Assembly (NCBI GenBank): GCA_030390025.1
Contig: CM059432.1
Location: forward strand, 135,844,001 to 135,908,000
Direction of reading: 5' to 3'
From: Squalus acanthias
Lineage: Eukaryota
DNA length: 64,000 bases
In this document: positions 26,366 to 38,827 of the stretch, in pieces
Layout: each line of letters opens with the position of its first letter
Position numbering within the stretch: the first letter of the stretch is position 1
Program-made: the position numbers and the translations under genes
The notes under the pieces: model-generated
Told to the model about the DNA's origin: nothing
What the model saw: the letters and a program-made list of their open reading frames with translations, nothing else
The model's database searches: none

Positions 26366-27467
26366 TGAGAGAAAAGGGAATAGAAAGATATGCTGAAAGG
26401 CTGAGATGAGGCAGATGGTAGGGGTGGAGGCTCGAGTGGAGTATAAACACCAGCACAGACTAGTTCGGTCATTTGGTCTGTTTCTGTGCTGCATATTCTA
26501 ATGTAATTCTAATGTAATCATGATCTTCAGAACACTAAATGTTGCACCACCAAGTCATGAAAGGCTGTATAAATGTGAGTCTTCCTTTCTATCTTTCTTT
26601 CTATCTATCTATCTTTCCATCTTTCTTTCTTTCTGCAGGACCCGGGAGAATCCACAGACTTGCCTGATTGCAACATTTGTGTCAAATACTGCTGCTGCTG
26701 TTTTTGTTGCACTCAAAATGGTGGACAAAGCAGATAAAAAGCTCAGTTTCTGCAATATGGACCAAGTTGGTTTAAAATCTTGTTTAATCCTGCTGGTAAA
26801 TAGTAATTTTTTTCTCTCTCTCCATTACGAACACATTTGTGCTCGTCTCATTTAAAGGTAACACTCAGCGTCTTGTAAACAAACACTGAATGCAGAAATG
26901 CACTCCACTCAAACCATTGCAGTGTTTATAATCTTATTTCTTTGGCCAAACAGCATCTGCAGCAAGCAATTTCTGAATCCTTTAACAGAAGAAAGAGCAT
27001 TTTCATAAAAACAAAGGGCTCCTGGCTACCATTAGGATTCTAGTGTACACAGGAAAACCCGAGTTAAACTGTTCGACAAAGGGACAATCCACCTCGCCCT
27101 TCCACACCACTGGACTGGATTATCCTTCCTTGGCAGAAGTGACCACTAATCCTTGGGGAAGCACAAGCCTGTTGTTTTATCAGCATAAATTAAGTGTGAA
27201 GAATAACTAGTTATGAAATATGCGGTATTTATCGCTTAGCAAAATAACACCACAGATGCAATGTTTATGTACTTTACTTTCGGTTGTGTTTAGTCTTAAC
27301 AGGCACTCAGGAAGGCATTTAAAGCTAATCAGAAGCTTGTGAGTGAAGAGCAATAAAGAGATCGGGAGCCCTGAGCACCTTTTTTGAAATTTTGTCTTTG
27401 CTGCTTTTTTTCTTTATGTTCCCTTTGCCAGATTATTTGGAAGCTGGGCTACAGTTCAATATCATTA

Positions 27468-27955
27468 GAAAGAAAGAAAGACTTGCATTTCTATAGCGTC
27501 TTTCATGACCTCAGGATGTCCCAAAGCGCTTTACAGCCAATGAAGCAATGAAGTGTAGTCGCTGTTGTAATGTAGGAAACATGGCAGCCAATTTGCGCAC
27601 AGCAAGCTCCCACAAACAGCAATGTCCAGATTAACCTTTTAAGTATTAAGGTAACAAATTCCACACCTTTAAGGTAGATATTTGGGAGGGGGGCGGGGTT
27701 GGGGGGGGGTGGTGGTTCGGTGGGGAGTGCAGGTAGAGAATTATTCTGAACAGATTTTTTATGATTAAAATTGTAGTGATGTTGGTTGAGGGATAAACAT
27801 TGGCCAGGACACCGGGGCTAACTCCCCTACTCTTCTTCAAATAATGCCATGGGATCTTTGACGTCCACCTGAGAGAGCAGACGGGGCCGGTAGTGCAGCC
27901 GATAGTGCAGTACTCCCTCAGACGCGAGAGTGCTACCTATTGATCCACGGCTGAA
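27468..27955 (-). mobile_element. SacSINE1-like SINE, interrupted at 27631-27772
   Basis: Tail and body match the other copies; head remnant at 27925-27955. Confidence 0.75.
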
Positions 27956-28167
27956 CATTTGTATCACGCTTTGTGATACTGATGTTGCATATATTGGGCT
28001 GGATAGTAACTAATGATGAAGGTTTCTTCTTGCAGTTTGTGGTTCACTCTTAAAAAAAAAACCAATAAAAATTGCAATCATCAAAAATCTGTTCAGAATA
28101 ATTCTCGACCTCCCAAATATCTGCTTAAAATGTGTGGAATTTGTTACCTTAACACTTAAAGGGTTAA
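27631..28167. repeat. Inverted repeat of about 100 bp with TTAA-CC(C)T...AGGG-TTAA ends (piggyBac-like)
   Basis: 27631-27766 is the reverse complement of 28077-28167, apart from a G-rich insert in the left arm. Confidence 0.6.
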
Positions 28168-28199
28168 TATTAAGACACAGAATGTCCTTCAAGCACAGG

Positions 28200-28262
28200 C
28201 ATTTCTGGCCTAACCAACATCGGAACTAATTAACAGTTCCTGTGTTGGTTAGGCCAGAAATG
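28200..28262. repeat. Near-perfect hairpin
   Basis: CATTTCTGGCCTAACCAACA pairs with TGTTGGTTAGGCCAGAAATG (20 bp), plus inner GGAACT/AGTTCC. Confidence 0.85.
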
Positions 28263-28751
28263 GCTAATTAACAGTTATAGGCCCAAATCTCAAGTTATGC
28301 TATTGTTTTATAGGGAACATCCGAGATTGCCTCAACCATTTGCGCAATCCTGGGTAGACTTTTTAACAGTTTCATTAGAGGAGATAATATTGGAAAGAAT
28401 TAATAAGAAATCATTTTGATAAATGTTTAGAAATTACATTGCATGTTAATGAAGTGTGACTAAACTAATTATTTTCTGAAAGAACAGAGACTTGATTGAA
28501 AATACCGGAATTAAATGAGAAACGAGGCCTATTGTAGACTAGTTAACATTAATTAGGCACAATGTAAAGTAGTAAATGAAGTACAAACCCTTTGAACACA
28601 ATCTCAAACCACAGCTACGGGAAGCTAAATCAAGAGATGTAGCATTAAAATATACCAAGTAAAGAAAGTGCATGAACTAAAAGCATGGATAATAGTAATA
28701 TATTGTAATAATTACTCTTTTTGCAATTTCAAATATTATATTTCTTATATT

Positions 28752-29080
28752 GTCTTTCGGATGAGACGTTAAACCGAGGCCCCGTCTGCTCTCTCAGGTG
28801 CACGTAAAAGATCCCATGGCACAATTTTGAAGAAGAGCAGGGGAGTTATCCCCGGTGTCCTGGCCAATATTTGTCCCTCAATCAGCATCACTAAACAAAC
28901 AGATTATCTGGTCATTCATCACATTGCTGCTTGTGGGAGCTTGCTGTGCGCAAATTAGCTGCCCCGTTTCCTCCATTACAGCAGTGACTACACTTCAAAA
29001 GTACTTCATTGGCTGTAAAGCGCTTTGGGATGCCCTGAGGTCGTGAAAGGTGCTATATAAATGCAAGTCTTTCTTTCTTT
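28752..29080 (+). mobile_element. SacSINE1-like SINE, head missing
   Basis: Body and tail match 37876-38346. Confidence 0.85.
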
Positions 29081-29597
29081 ATATAAAGCTAGACAGAGAG
29101 AACGACAGAAAAGTTGGTGAGAATTTAAATTTCCCTCCCGCCCATTGAAAACTGGGTCGGCAGGCACTTAAAATAGAGTAGGAGAAGCACACACTACGTT
29201 CCAATTTTACAATGCTTGCATTTTTTGGGCGTAGGAGTTGACTGCCTGAGTCAGGTGGAAGCCTCATACATTTATGTAAATTGGGGTCCCATTAGGTCGA
29301 TAGTACCCCAATGCCATTTCACCCGGAAGAGAGCAGGGTGCCCACAGTAGCCATCCCGGCAGCTATAACAAGGTCTGAAGACCAAATAGGTCTTGCTAGA
29401 TGCGTTTGAAACATACCTTTGTAGGGCTGAATGCACTTACTGGCCTCACAAGGAAACTATAGGCTTCCCCTGCTCTGGACTGCATTCCCTCCCGCCCCTT
29501 TTGTGACCCGTTAACCGACCCTGAACCACCACCCCACCCCCCACCCACCCTGCCCCATACTTACCTAGGGCCTGGCGTTTTGGCCGGGAAGTTGTGC

Positions 29598-31020
29598 AGC
29601 AACAACAACTTACATTTATATAGCACCTTTAACTTAGTAAAATGTCCCAAGTCGCTTCACAGGAGCGATTATCAAACAAAAGTTGACACCGAGCCACAGA
29701 AGGAGATATTAGGGCAGGTGACCAAAAGCTTGGTCAGAGAGGTAGGTTTTAAGGAGCATCTAAACGGAGGAGAGAGATATAGGCCCAGAAATTGATCTCG
29801 CTCTGTTCCCGCGTGGGTAAGCCTTCCCCGCGATGTCTCACCTCGCTTATGCTTTTTCTGATCCAGCTCGCACGAAATTGATGTTCCAGACATCAGCTGT
29901 GCTGGGCTTGCGTATCCCAGCGGCGTAGTTAATTCGTGCGAGCTGTGGGATCACGTGACTCAGTTAGAGCCAATGGCAGCACACCATCTTCCATTCATAA
30001 GTCTCACAGCATAGCTGTGAGACTTATGAATCTTACACCCCCCCAAAATAACAGCTAAACCTCAATTAAATTTAAAAAAAAACCCATCACATTAATAAAA
30101 TAAGTATAGTTAATTAAATTAACCATTTTAAATAAAAAATTAAATTTTTGAAAAAATTTAAAATCTTTTAAAAAGTTATAAAAATAAACTTACCTGTCTT
30201 TAAAGTCTATAAAAAAGATATACCTGTAAAAAAAAATTCAAAAAAATACTTAATTCACTACTTACCTTCTTAAAAGCGGGTCTTACTCCTCCTTTTTCCA
30301 TTTCCAAAATCTTCCCTACTTACCTGCGCGTCCAAAGCATGAAGTGCACAGCGTGCGCGCAGCCTGTAGCGCGCACGCGATGCACTCAAGCCCCGCCCCC
30401 TTTTCGGAAGAGCAATTGCCGGTTTTCAGCGCACGCGCAGGGCATGCAGAAAACCGGCAATTGGAGTGGGAATACGCGAGAGTATGCAATGCGTACTCTC
30501 GCGTCCCGGGATCAATTTTCGGCCCATAGAGAGGCGGAGAGGTTTAGGGAGGGAATTCCAGAGGTTAGGACCTAGGCAGCTGAAGGCACGACCGCCAATG
30601 GTGAAGCGATTAAAATCGGGGGTGTGCAAGAGGCCAGAATTGGTGGAGTGCAGAGATCTCGGAGGGTTGCAGGGCTGGAGGAGGTTACAGTGATAGGGAG
30701 GGCGAGGCCATGGAGGGATTTGAAAAGAAGGATGAAAATTTTTTAAATCAAGGCATGACCAGTCCCTAAGTCAATGTCGGTCAGCGAGCACAGAGGGTGA
30801 TGGGTGAACGAGACTTGGTGCAAATTAGGATACAGGCAGCAGCGTTTTGAATGAGCTTAAGTTTATGGAGGGAAGGAAGGTGGGAGGCCGGCCAGCAGAG
30901 CATTGGAATAGTCAAGATTAGAGGTACTGAAGGCATGGAGGAGGGTTTCAGCAGCAGATGAGCTGAGCCAGGGGTGGAGACGAGCGATGTTATGGAGTTG
31001 GAAGTAGGTGGTCTTGATGA
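29598..31020 (-). mobile_element. L2 3' portion split by the MITE at 29782-30525
   Basis: GGAGAGAGAT|AGAGAGGCGG is collinear with uninterrupted L2 copies. Confidence 0.85.
29782..30525. mobile_element. Harbinger-type MITE family M2 (about 744 bp, AT-rich core)
   Basis: TIR GGCCCAGAAATTGATC / GATCAATTTTCGGCCC; 3-bp TSD ATA; homologous to 46575-47318 and 51775-55483. Confidence 0.85.
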
Positions 31021-31644
31021 TGCTAATAAGGCCCAACCATTAAAATCAGCTAGTGCTGCTACTGCTGCTCACGGAAGGGCCGGCTACACGCTGCGTACCT
31101 TTCCTGTCCGGGGGATAAAATTCCCCCCAATGCTGCAGCGATAGTTGGTTCTTTTATATTCGGCAAAACTGGTCAGACATATTGCTTTAAAACCTATTTT
31201 CGTCTCGTTCATTCTAACTACAATACCTCTGATAAAATGAGACGAATAAAATGTATTGACTGTCAAGCCAATGAGATCAAAACTGTGACCCTAAAGTGTG
31301 GGTGAACAGCTGCTTTGTTGTGTGCAAGGTGAGCACCTTGAGGCCATTAATCATGTCCCACATAGTGCTATTGTTTTTGATGTTTGCTGTAATAAAGTTT
31401 ATAGACATGGGAAGTTGAATATAACAGATTTAAAACAATGCTGGGCTGAATCACAGCCACTGGGGCCCTTGGCATGTCAGTGTGCACTCAGATCTTTGAG
31501 GTAAAGAAAGCCAATTTAGATGCAGGCTCCTTTTTGATAGGAAGAACGGTTATTGTGCCTTCCTCTGCTAAACTTATTGCGTGAGAATAAGAAACTAGCT
31601 GCTTGACCCAAACTTCTGTTGCATAAATTGTTACAAATCAGGTC

Positions 31645-31845
31645 TGTGTAAGTGTGTGCACATAAGTGTGTGTGCACATAAGTGTGTGTGTGCGTGCATG
31701 TTTGTGTGTGTGTGTGTGTGAACGTGCATGTGTGTGTGCGCGTGTGAGTGTGTGCGCGCGTGTATAATTGTCCAGAGGCAAGTGCAGGTACGCCAGTACG
31801 TTTTATTTTAGTGTGTGCGTTTATGTATGTGTGTGAGTGTGCATG
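31645..31845. repeat. Imperfect (TG)n microsatellite
   Basis: Directly visible. Confidence 0.9.
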
Positions 31846-32204
31846 CGGAGGGATGGGGTAAGATTATGCAGATGTGTGTGTGCACAAAGTTGGAGGATCG
31901 ACAACAGCAAAACAGTTGCTGTAAAAAGCATTCTTTAGATGGCACACAGCTTTACAAACCATGCCCATAGCTTTCATGCCAGGTGGCTCATCAGCAAAAG
32001 ATCTTTTGCTCTGGTGTGAGTCACACACCCTCAATTCACAGGTCATAAAAAGCTGCTGCGCATACTGTTTCTTTTCAGGTTTTCTTTCTTTGTTTTTTTT
32101 TAAAACAGTGAGAGAATATTTGTTAGCTGTCTTATTGTCCTTCCAATTGCCCCGCCACCAGCCACTCCCCCATCCCATTTCTTCTAAAGGTGCTGGCTCA
32201 AGTT

Positions 32205-33387
32205 AAGAAAGGAAGACTTGCATTAATAATCACAACCTCAGGATGACCCAAAGTGCTTCACAGCCAAAGAGGTACTTTTGAAGTGTCCACGCTGCTGTAA
32301 TGTAGGAAACGCGGCAGCCAATTTGCACACAGCAAACTCCCACAAATAGCCAGATTTGACCAGATATTGGCTCAGATATTCCGATCCCTACGGGTGAGTA
32401 CGCGCTGTGTACCCACCCGTAGGGACATTGGAAATGCTGGTTTCAGGCATGCACAGCGCATGCACTGAAAACAGGCATTTCCGATCCGTCAAGGATGGTC
32501 TTGACAGATCCTCCGCCTGCCCTGGAGAAGGGCCTCTGCGGGCGGATAGTTCCGCTTTTTGGAGACCCTCCGCCCGCAGAAAACACTTACAATTCTTACG
32601 CCTGGTAAAAGCAGGCGTAAGCACTGCTTTTACCAGGATAAGAGTTGAAAAAAGTAAAAACATAATATTTTTTTCACTGATTTATCATTTAAAAATACTT
32701 TAAAAAAAGGTAAGGTTTATTTTTAGCCCCGTAAAAAACTTTAATTATTTTTTTTTAATTAAATTTTTGTTTAAAATACTAAATTTATTGTAATTTCAAG
32801 TCATTTTAAAAATGTGATTTAAAAAAAAAATGTATTTAAAGTTTTACTATGTTTTTTCATTGATCTCCATTCATATATTCCTGTCAAGTGTATGAAGGGA
32901 GATTCCCTTTTTTGATTGGCTCCCCATGGACCATGTGATCCCAGGGACGCTGCGAACTACCTGCGCCCCTGGGATACGTGGGCCCTGCACATTTGGAGTT
33001 TGGTGAGGCCCAGGAGCGGAAGCGTGTGCGTCCCGGGAGCCCTCAGGTAAGGGCGTAGATTTTTCCAGATCGCAGGCCTCCGCCCGCGGGAGGCCTGCGA
33101 TCAGAAAATACGGGCCAATCTGTTTTTAGTGATGTTGGTTGAGGGATAAATATTAGCCAGGGAGAACTCCCCTGCTCTTCTTTAAAATGATGCCCTGGGA
33201 TCTTTTACATCCACCTGAGAGGGCAGGCTGGGCCTTGGTTTAATGTCTCATCCAAAAGATGGTGCCTCCAACAGTGCAGCACTCCCTCAGTACTGCATTG
33301 GAGTGTCTGTCTAGATTTTACACTCAAGTCTCTGGAGTGGGACTTGAACCCACAACCTTCTGACTCAGAGGCGAGGGTGCTACCCAC
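32205..33387 (-). mobile_element. SacSINE1-like SINE split by the MITE at 32369-33116
   Basis: GACCAGAT|AATCTGTTTTTAG junction matches intact copies; B box at about 33340. Confidence 0.85.
32369..33116. mobile_element. Harbinger-type MITE family M3 with subterminal palindromes
   Basis: Imperfect TIRs; ATT/AAT flanks; hairpins CCCTACGGGTG..CACCCGTAGGG and GATCGCAGGCCT..AGGCCTGCGATC; homologous to 48081-48744. Confidence 0.8.
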
Positions 33388-35690
33388 TTTTTTTTATATA
33401 TTATTTATTAAACATTAAAAACATTTACAACATCGTGATCATTCCATTGTATCACACAAATCCATTCCGCCGCTCTACACAGCCATTCCTCCACCACATA
33501 TTAACATCTAAACCTGAAGTTTAATTTGTCTCCCATAACATATACTAATCTATTGTACTTTAAAAATTGATCAGTAATCATGGTTCCGAATAAGGGAAGT
33601 GTGCCTGATAATCCCCACATCATTTAATCTCCGGCCCTTCCCTCCTCTCATGCTCCTTCCCAACTTTTCGGGCAGCTGTTGCTTTCGCCTGCAGCTTCCG
33701 ACTCTTTTTCACCTCGTGTTTGAACCTTTCCTGCAGTTTCAGCCTCTTCCTTACATTAGGTTTGGGCCGAGGAGCTGCCCCTTCTCCCTCCTTCTGCCCC
33801 TCACTAACCTTTCCCTTTCCACACGATGCCACCCCACCCCCAACTTCCATGTCTCTGTCCCCCTCTGACTCCTCACACTCGAGCTCTTCTGTAACCTCCC
33901 GTCCCCACTCTGCGTCAGATACATGGGCTGGATTTTCATTGACCCGTGGAGGCGGGTTTGGAGGCGTGTGGGGGGTTAAAATTGCGAAAACTGACGGGCG
34001 GGCACAAGCCCGCCTTCACTGCAATTTTCATTAAATCGTGTCCGCTGGTTCCGACTCCGTCCCACCTCTAAGAGGCGGGATAGGCTGTTAAGGCCCTTAA
34101 CAAGCACTAAATTGCCTCTATAATGCCATTTTGAAAGGCCTTTGTGATTTTAACCCTTTTTCTACGTGAAGCATGCCTGTTCTGAACCACGATTGTGAAA
34201 CCTGGCGGGAGCACATTTGGATAGGGCTGGCTGGCTGGCCGGCCGGCCTGGGAGTGGTGGTGAATGGGAGACATATCTGGGAGTGGTGGTGCAAGGGAGA
34301 CATATCTGGGAGTGGTGCTGCAAAAATATCTGGGAGCAGACTTAGGGCTGCTGCTGCTCATTTTGCATCCAGGTCCTCTCACAGCGAAGGCCAGGCAGTC
34401 TTTGCAGACCTTCAATGCAGCAGCAATGATGACATCATCAGAGGCGACTTTCAGACTGAAAACACTAATTGGGTCATGGGTTCCCACATGCTGGAACTCA
34501 ATTGCCCAATTAGGTGAAAATCGCATCAATCTCCCACATCCAATTGCAGTCGGGTGGATAAAACGAAAAGTGGATAACACGACCCCAACCCACCCCAGTA
34601 TCAAAATCCAGCCCATAATCTCCCTTAGATAGTCTTCCTGCTATCACAGTTTCTCCAACAGTGCCACTCCCTTCGGCCTCATCTCCACCGCTGACCCTTG
34701 CTCCCTGTTTCTTCTCTCTCTGGGACAATGGCGCATCTGCACCTATCTTGCTCCCTTCTGGTGTCTTTGCCTCCCCGCTCCCATCCTGCTGCCCTTTTAA
34801 GGCTTCTGCCTCTTGCACCCTCTCCTTAACTTGCTCCCTCCTGCTCCCCGAGATGTCCGACTCCCCGTCTTTCTTTGGAGTACTTACACTTACCCCGCAC
34901 CCCGCTCCCGCCTCCTCTCCCCCCGCGGACACCAAATCCTTTGGGAGAGGCAAGCCATATTATGGCTCGACTCTGCCCTTGACCCATGCTGCCCGCTGCT
35001 GTCTTTGTCCTTTTCCACCGTACTTGGTGTGTTTTCCACCATCTCCATCCTGTTCTCTGCTCTGCAATTTTCTGCCTCTTCCTTCGCTCATTTCTCCTTC
35101 CATTCACCAGCTGTGTCCTCCGCCTGCTCCGCTCCTCCAGCCGCTCCACTCACACCTCCTGCTCCTTCTCCTTCTCTCATTTCCTCGTCACTCAAGGGGC
35201 TTCCTTCTGCCTCACACTCACAGCGGGTGAGGCCTTTGTGACACACCCCACAGCTCTCCACCTTGCAGCTCCGAGCGCTGTGTCCACACTCACTGCAGTT
35301 ATAACAGTACAAGTCTGGACAACTTCTTACAAGATGGTCGTGTCCAAGACAATAATAACAAACCTTCACCTGGTTATCATGCAGTACCCGGAAGAACTGC
35401 ACTCCTTCCATTGTCTTGAATTTCATGCTATACGGCAAGGATTTCACCCCCTCTGGGAACCGTACCTTTACATAACGGGTTCCATCTGCTACCTGCGTTC
35501 CTGGATAGTATCTCCTCTTTATTGCCGAGCAAATTTTAATGTCCACGACTCCAACTTTTTTATTAGCACCTCGTCCTCAATATAAACCGGCAGGTTTAAG
35601 AATGAGACCACCACCTCTTCCGAATATAGCAGAAATACCTCCAAGAACTTATCTCCAACCTTCAAACTCAGTAAAGGTCTTTCCATCTCC
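33388..35690 (-). mobile_element. Tx1/L1-type element with ORF1 (CCHC knuckles) and poly(A), no ORF2; 5' boundary uncertain and may extend to about 36570
   Basis: VVVSFLNLPVYIEDE..(fs)..YPGTQVADGTRYVKVRFP...CYYCLGHDHLVRSC...CYNCSECGHSARSC; C-terminal PKPNV segment ends at 33620; AATAAA and A-tail at 33388-33410. Confidence 0.75.
33925..34614. mobile_element. Harbinger MITE family M1 (derivative of the 55769-60047 lineage)
   Basis: TIR GGGCTGGATTTT / AAAATCCAGCCC; 34428-34525 is similar to 59860-59955; internal tandem of about 28 bp at 34247-34335. Confidence 0.85.
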
Positions 35691-36025
35691 TGGCAGTTCT
35701 GGTGCCCAGATGGGTGTCCAGGCTGAAATCAAGGCCTGGACCCCTAAAGAGGAGGCAATGGAAAGTTTTTAAACTTTTTAGATCGTCCCCGCTTTGCAAG
35801 GAGGCTGCTGGGTGCACTGCCAATAAGTTTCCATGGGGGTGCCAACATTTAGTGGCACAGGTACCCCTAAGGGTTGCAAATAAGGTGACCGCACCCTGAC
35901 CCTGAACATTCCAGCAGGGTGTGTGGCAGAAGTCACCAGCGGATGTGATCTGGTGTTATTGCCAAGATTCAGACTTGCGCATTTTTAACCTCACAATTTC
36001 TTCTTTACGGGTTTGTGTTGTCAAT

Positions 36026-36385
36026 GTCTTCTTCTTCTTAGGCAGTCCCTCGGAACCAAGGATGACTTGTTTCCACATTAAAAATGAGTTCTCAGGTGAC
36101 TGATGAGTCCAATGCGGGACCTACAGTCTCTGTCACAGGTGGGGCAGACGGTGGTTGAAGGGGTGGGTGGTGGGGTGCTTGGGTTGATGTGCGCTCCTTC
36201 CTCTGTTCGCGTTTGGCTTCCGCTTGCTCCCGGCGAAGAGACTCGAGGTGTTCGGCGCCTTCCCGGATGCTTCTCCTCCACTTCGTACGGTTTTGGGCCA
36301 GGGATTCCCAGGTGTCGGTGGGGATGTTGCACTTTTCAAGGAGGCTTTGAGGGTGTCCTTGAAGCGTTTCCTCTGCCCACCTGGG
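36026..36385 (-). mobile_element. RTE-clade LINE 3' end
   Basis: PGGQRKRFKDTLKASL...CPTCDRDCRSRIGLISHLRTHF*. Confidence 0.9.
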
Positions 36386-37062
36386 ACAGAGACTTCATGT
36401 GACTTCATCCTGAAAAGCAAAGCTCATCTTTCTAAGTCAAACATGACAATATTGCTCTTGTGGTTTGACAATTGATAATGAATAACACTGTGGCTCTGAA
36501 AACATATTCTTAACTTAAATTGCAAAGCTAAAAGCAAAAGGTTCCGACAGTTTTAAAGAGTGGTTTGGAAGTTCGCAATCCTGATTATATACATTCAATG
36601 TTAGTCCCCAATTTATGGTGCTTCCCTTTCACTGTATCACTGGAAAATGAGCACAAGGAATGTGATTATGATTCAGTCAATGATGTCACTGACTCTAGTG
36701 GAGATTGGGAGTGCAGTTGGAGAGCACCTAATTTATAAGGGCAGGCTGGTTTAAGTGCCACAGTGGATAGAACTTGAGCATCTACCTGCCCCATGTAGCC
36801 AGTGGGTTGTGGCTAGTTCATGGCTTGTTCTGTACAGAAGGGGGAAGAAATGGTTCTGTAATAATTGGGCTAGGAGGACATTGCGGTTGCGTAAATTGGG
36901 CGGGACCAGATTTGGGGCGGGACCTGGTATTGCTTTATCTCTGTCTGTTCTTTGTTATGTTGGGAAATTCCATTCGAAATTGGGGCAGGTGCTTCTTGCA
37001 TCCCCTCCCCCAGATCTGTGCAGACCTTAGCAAAAGCAGCGTGAATGGTGGGAAGACATCAT

Positions 37063-37818
37063 GAGGGCGAAATTCAGTAGGTTAGTGCCTGGCGAAGGCG
37101 CTAATGGGGTGCTCAGCCAGTAGCACCGCGGCGGGACGAATCCCGTGCCGCACGGCAAATTCGCCGGCCCCATAGCGCCGGCGATAACAGTTCGTGCCTC
37201 AGTCCCTTTCACCATGCAGATCGTGACGTCAGTGAGTGTGCAATGCTCACTGGGTGCCCGTTCTGCAAACTTCATTAGTGCCCCCCGCCTTACCGTCTCG
37301 CGCCAACAGCACCAGGGAGCGGAGGTGTGGACCAGCCAGCTGGCGGCTGGCAGGGCGCTACTTAAAAGGATGCGTCCCATCTGTCAAGGTACTTCCGTTC
37401 CAAAGCTCAGTTATGAGTGGCAGAGAGCGGAGGATGTATCTGCAGCCAAATAAAGGCTGCTTTATCCCCAGAGTATTGCAGCCCGTCAAAGGACTTTGCA
37501 TTTCATTCCACAGCATATCGCTGTTCTGCATTCCTCGAATCATTGGGGGCTGGTGTGCAGAATCCAGTGACCCTCTTTAATGGCTGGAAGGCGCCTTCAC
37601 CAATGCTCACTCCCGATTACACGACACCTCATATTTGTTATCGCTTAGAGCCTAACGCCACTCACCTACACCATTAGCGCTTGATTTAGCGCTCCCCTGC
37701 ATTCTTTGAGCACTGAGACTGAATTTAGCGGGCGGCGAGATTGATTAGCGCCTGGCGCTAAATTTCCAACTTCTCAAAAGTTAGCGCCCCTTCCTGGGCG
37801 CTACTGAATTTCTCCCCC
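37063..37818. mobile_element. Harbinger-type MITE family M4
   Basis: TIR GAGGGCGAAATTCAGTAG / CTACTGAATTTCTCCCCC; 3-bp TSD CAT; many TAGCGC/GCGCTA motifs. Confidence 0.75.
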
Positions 37819-37875
37819 CATATGTTAGAAATCCTGCCAGTTCAGCCGCCAGTTCTCCGACACAAAATATGCTTT

Positions 37876-38346
37876 GTCAGCCGTGCCTCAGTGGGCAGCA
37901 CTCTCGCTTCTGAATCAGAAAGGCCGTGGGTTCAAGTCCCACTCCAGTGACTTGAGCAGAAAAATCTAGGCTGACACTCCAGTGCAGTACTGAGGGAGTG
38001 CTGCACTGTCGGAGGTGCTGTCTTTCGATGGGACTTTAAACGGAGGCCCCGTCTGCTCTCTCGGGTGAATGTAGAAGATCCCACGGCACTCTTTTGAAGA
38101 AGAGCAGGGGAGTTCTCCCCGGTGTCCTGGGCCAATATTTATCCCTCAACCAACATCACTAAAACAGATGATCTGGTCATTATCACGTTGCTGTTAGTGG
38201 GACCTTGCTGTGGGCGCAAATTGGCTGCCACTTTTCCTACATTACAACAGTGAGCACACTTGAAAAGTACTTCATTGGTTGTAAAGCGCTTAGGGAGGTC
38301 CTGAGGTCATGAAAGGTGTGATGTAAATGCAAGTTCTTTTCTTTCT
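37876..38346 (+). mobile_element. Full-length tRNA-derived SINE, SacSINE1/DeuSINE-like
   Basis: A box and B box (GGTTCAAGTCC), central conserved domain, L2-like tail ending AAATGCAAGTTCTTT. Confidence 0.9.
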
Positions 38347-38827
38347 CTGAGGGATGCCTAATACAAGGAGACTCATATAGCCAGTAAAGGAGTAAATCCA
38401 GGAGTTGCTGCTAGGTGTGTAAAGTTCACAGAATTGTGGTCAGTATCTTCAGATTGTATGATAAGGAACAGGAAGTGAGCAATCGGGAATCGCGTCCTTC
38501 ACTGTTACATTTAATGACAGTAAGAATCAGTATTTTGGAAATATTTGTCTTCTTTCAAGTGGTACAAGGCACACAGTTGGATCTCTGGAGGTTTATTTTA
38601 AATGTTCCGGTTGTTTGTCATGTCAAAATATATTTTACACTTAACCTGATTACAGTAATTATCAGTCATGTTGAAAGAATACTTTAGTAGGCAGACAACT
38701 TAACCGCAGATGAGACAATCTGCAACTGGTTTCGTTCCTAATACCTCAAGCCTTGAAGTCATCAAATCTCTGCCTGTTTCAGTAAACTGATAACTATTTA
38801 CAAGAATGGCAATATTAGTGAGAAATT

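Noticed and set aside
26600..26725. Possible exon after TTTCTGCAG at 26638
   Set aside because: The pyrimidine tract is a SINE-tail microsatellite, and there is no convincing donor or protein similarity
35088..35546. Host ZCCHC3/CNBP-like zinc-knuckle gene
   Set aside because: Frameshifted, interrupted by a MITE, intronless with an A-tail; the motifs fit Tx1 ORF1
37876..37950. tRNA gene
   Set aside because: The A and B boxes form the head of a multi-copy SINE and continue directly into the SINE body
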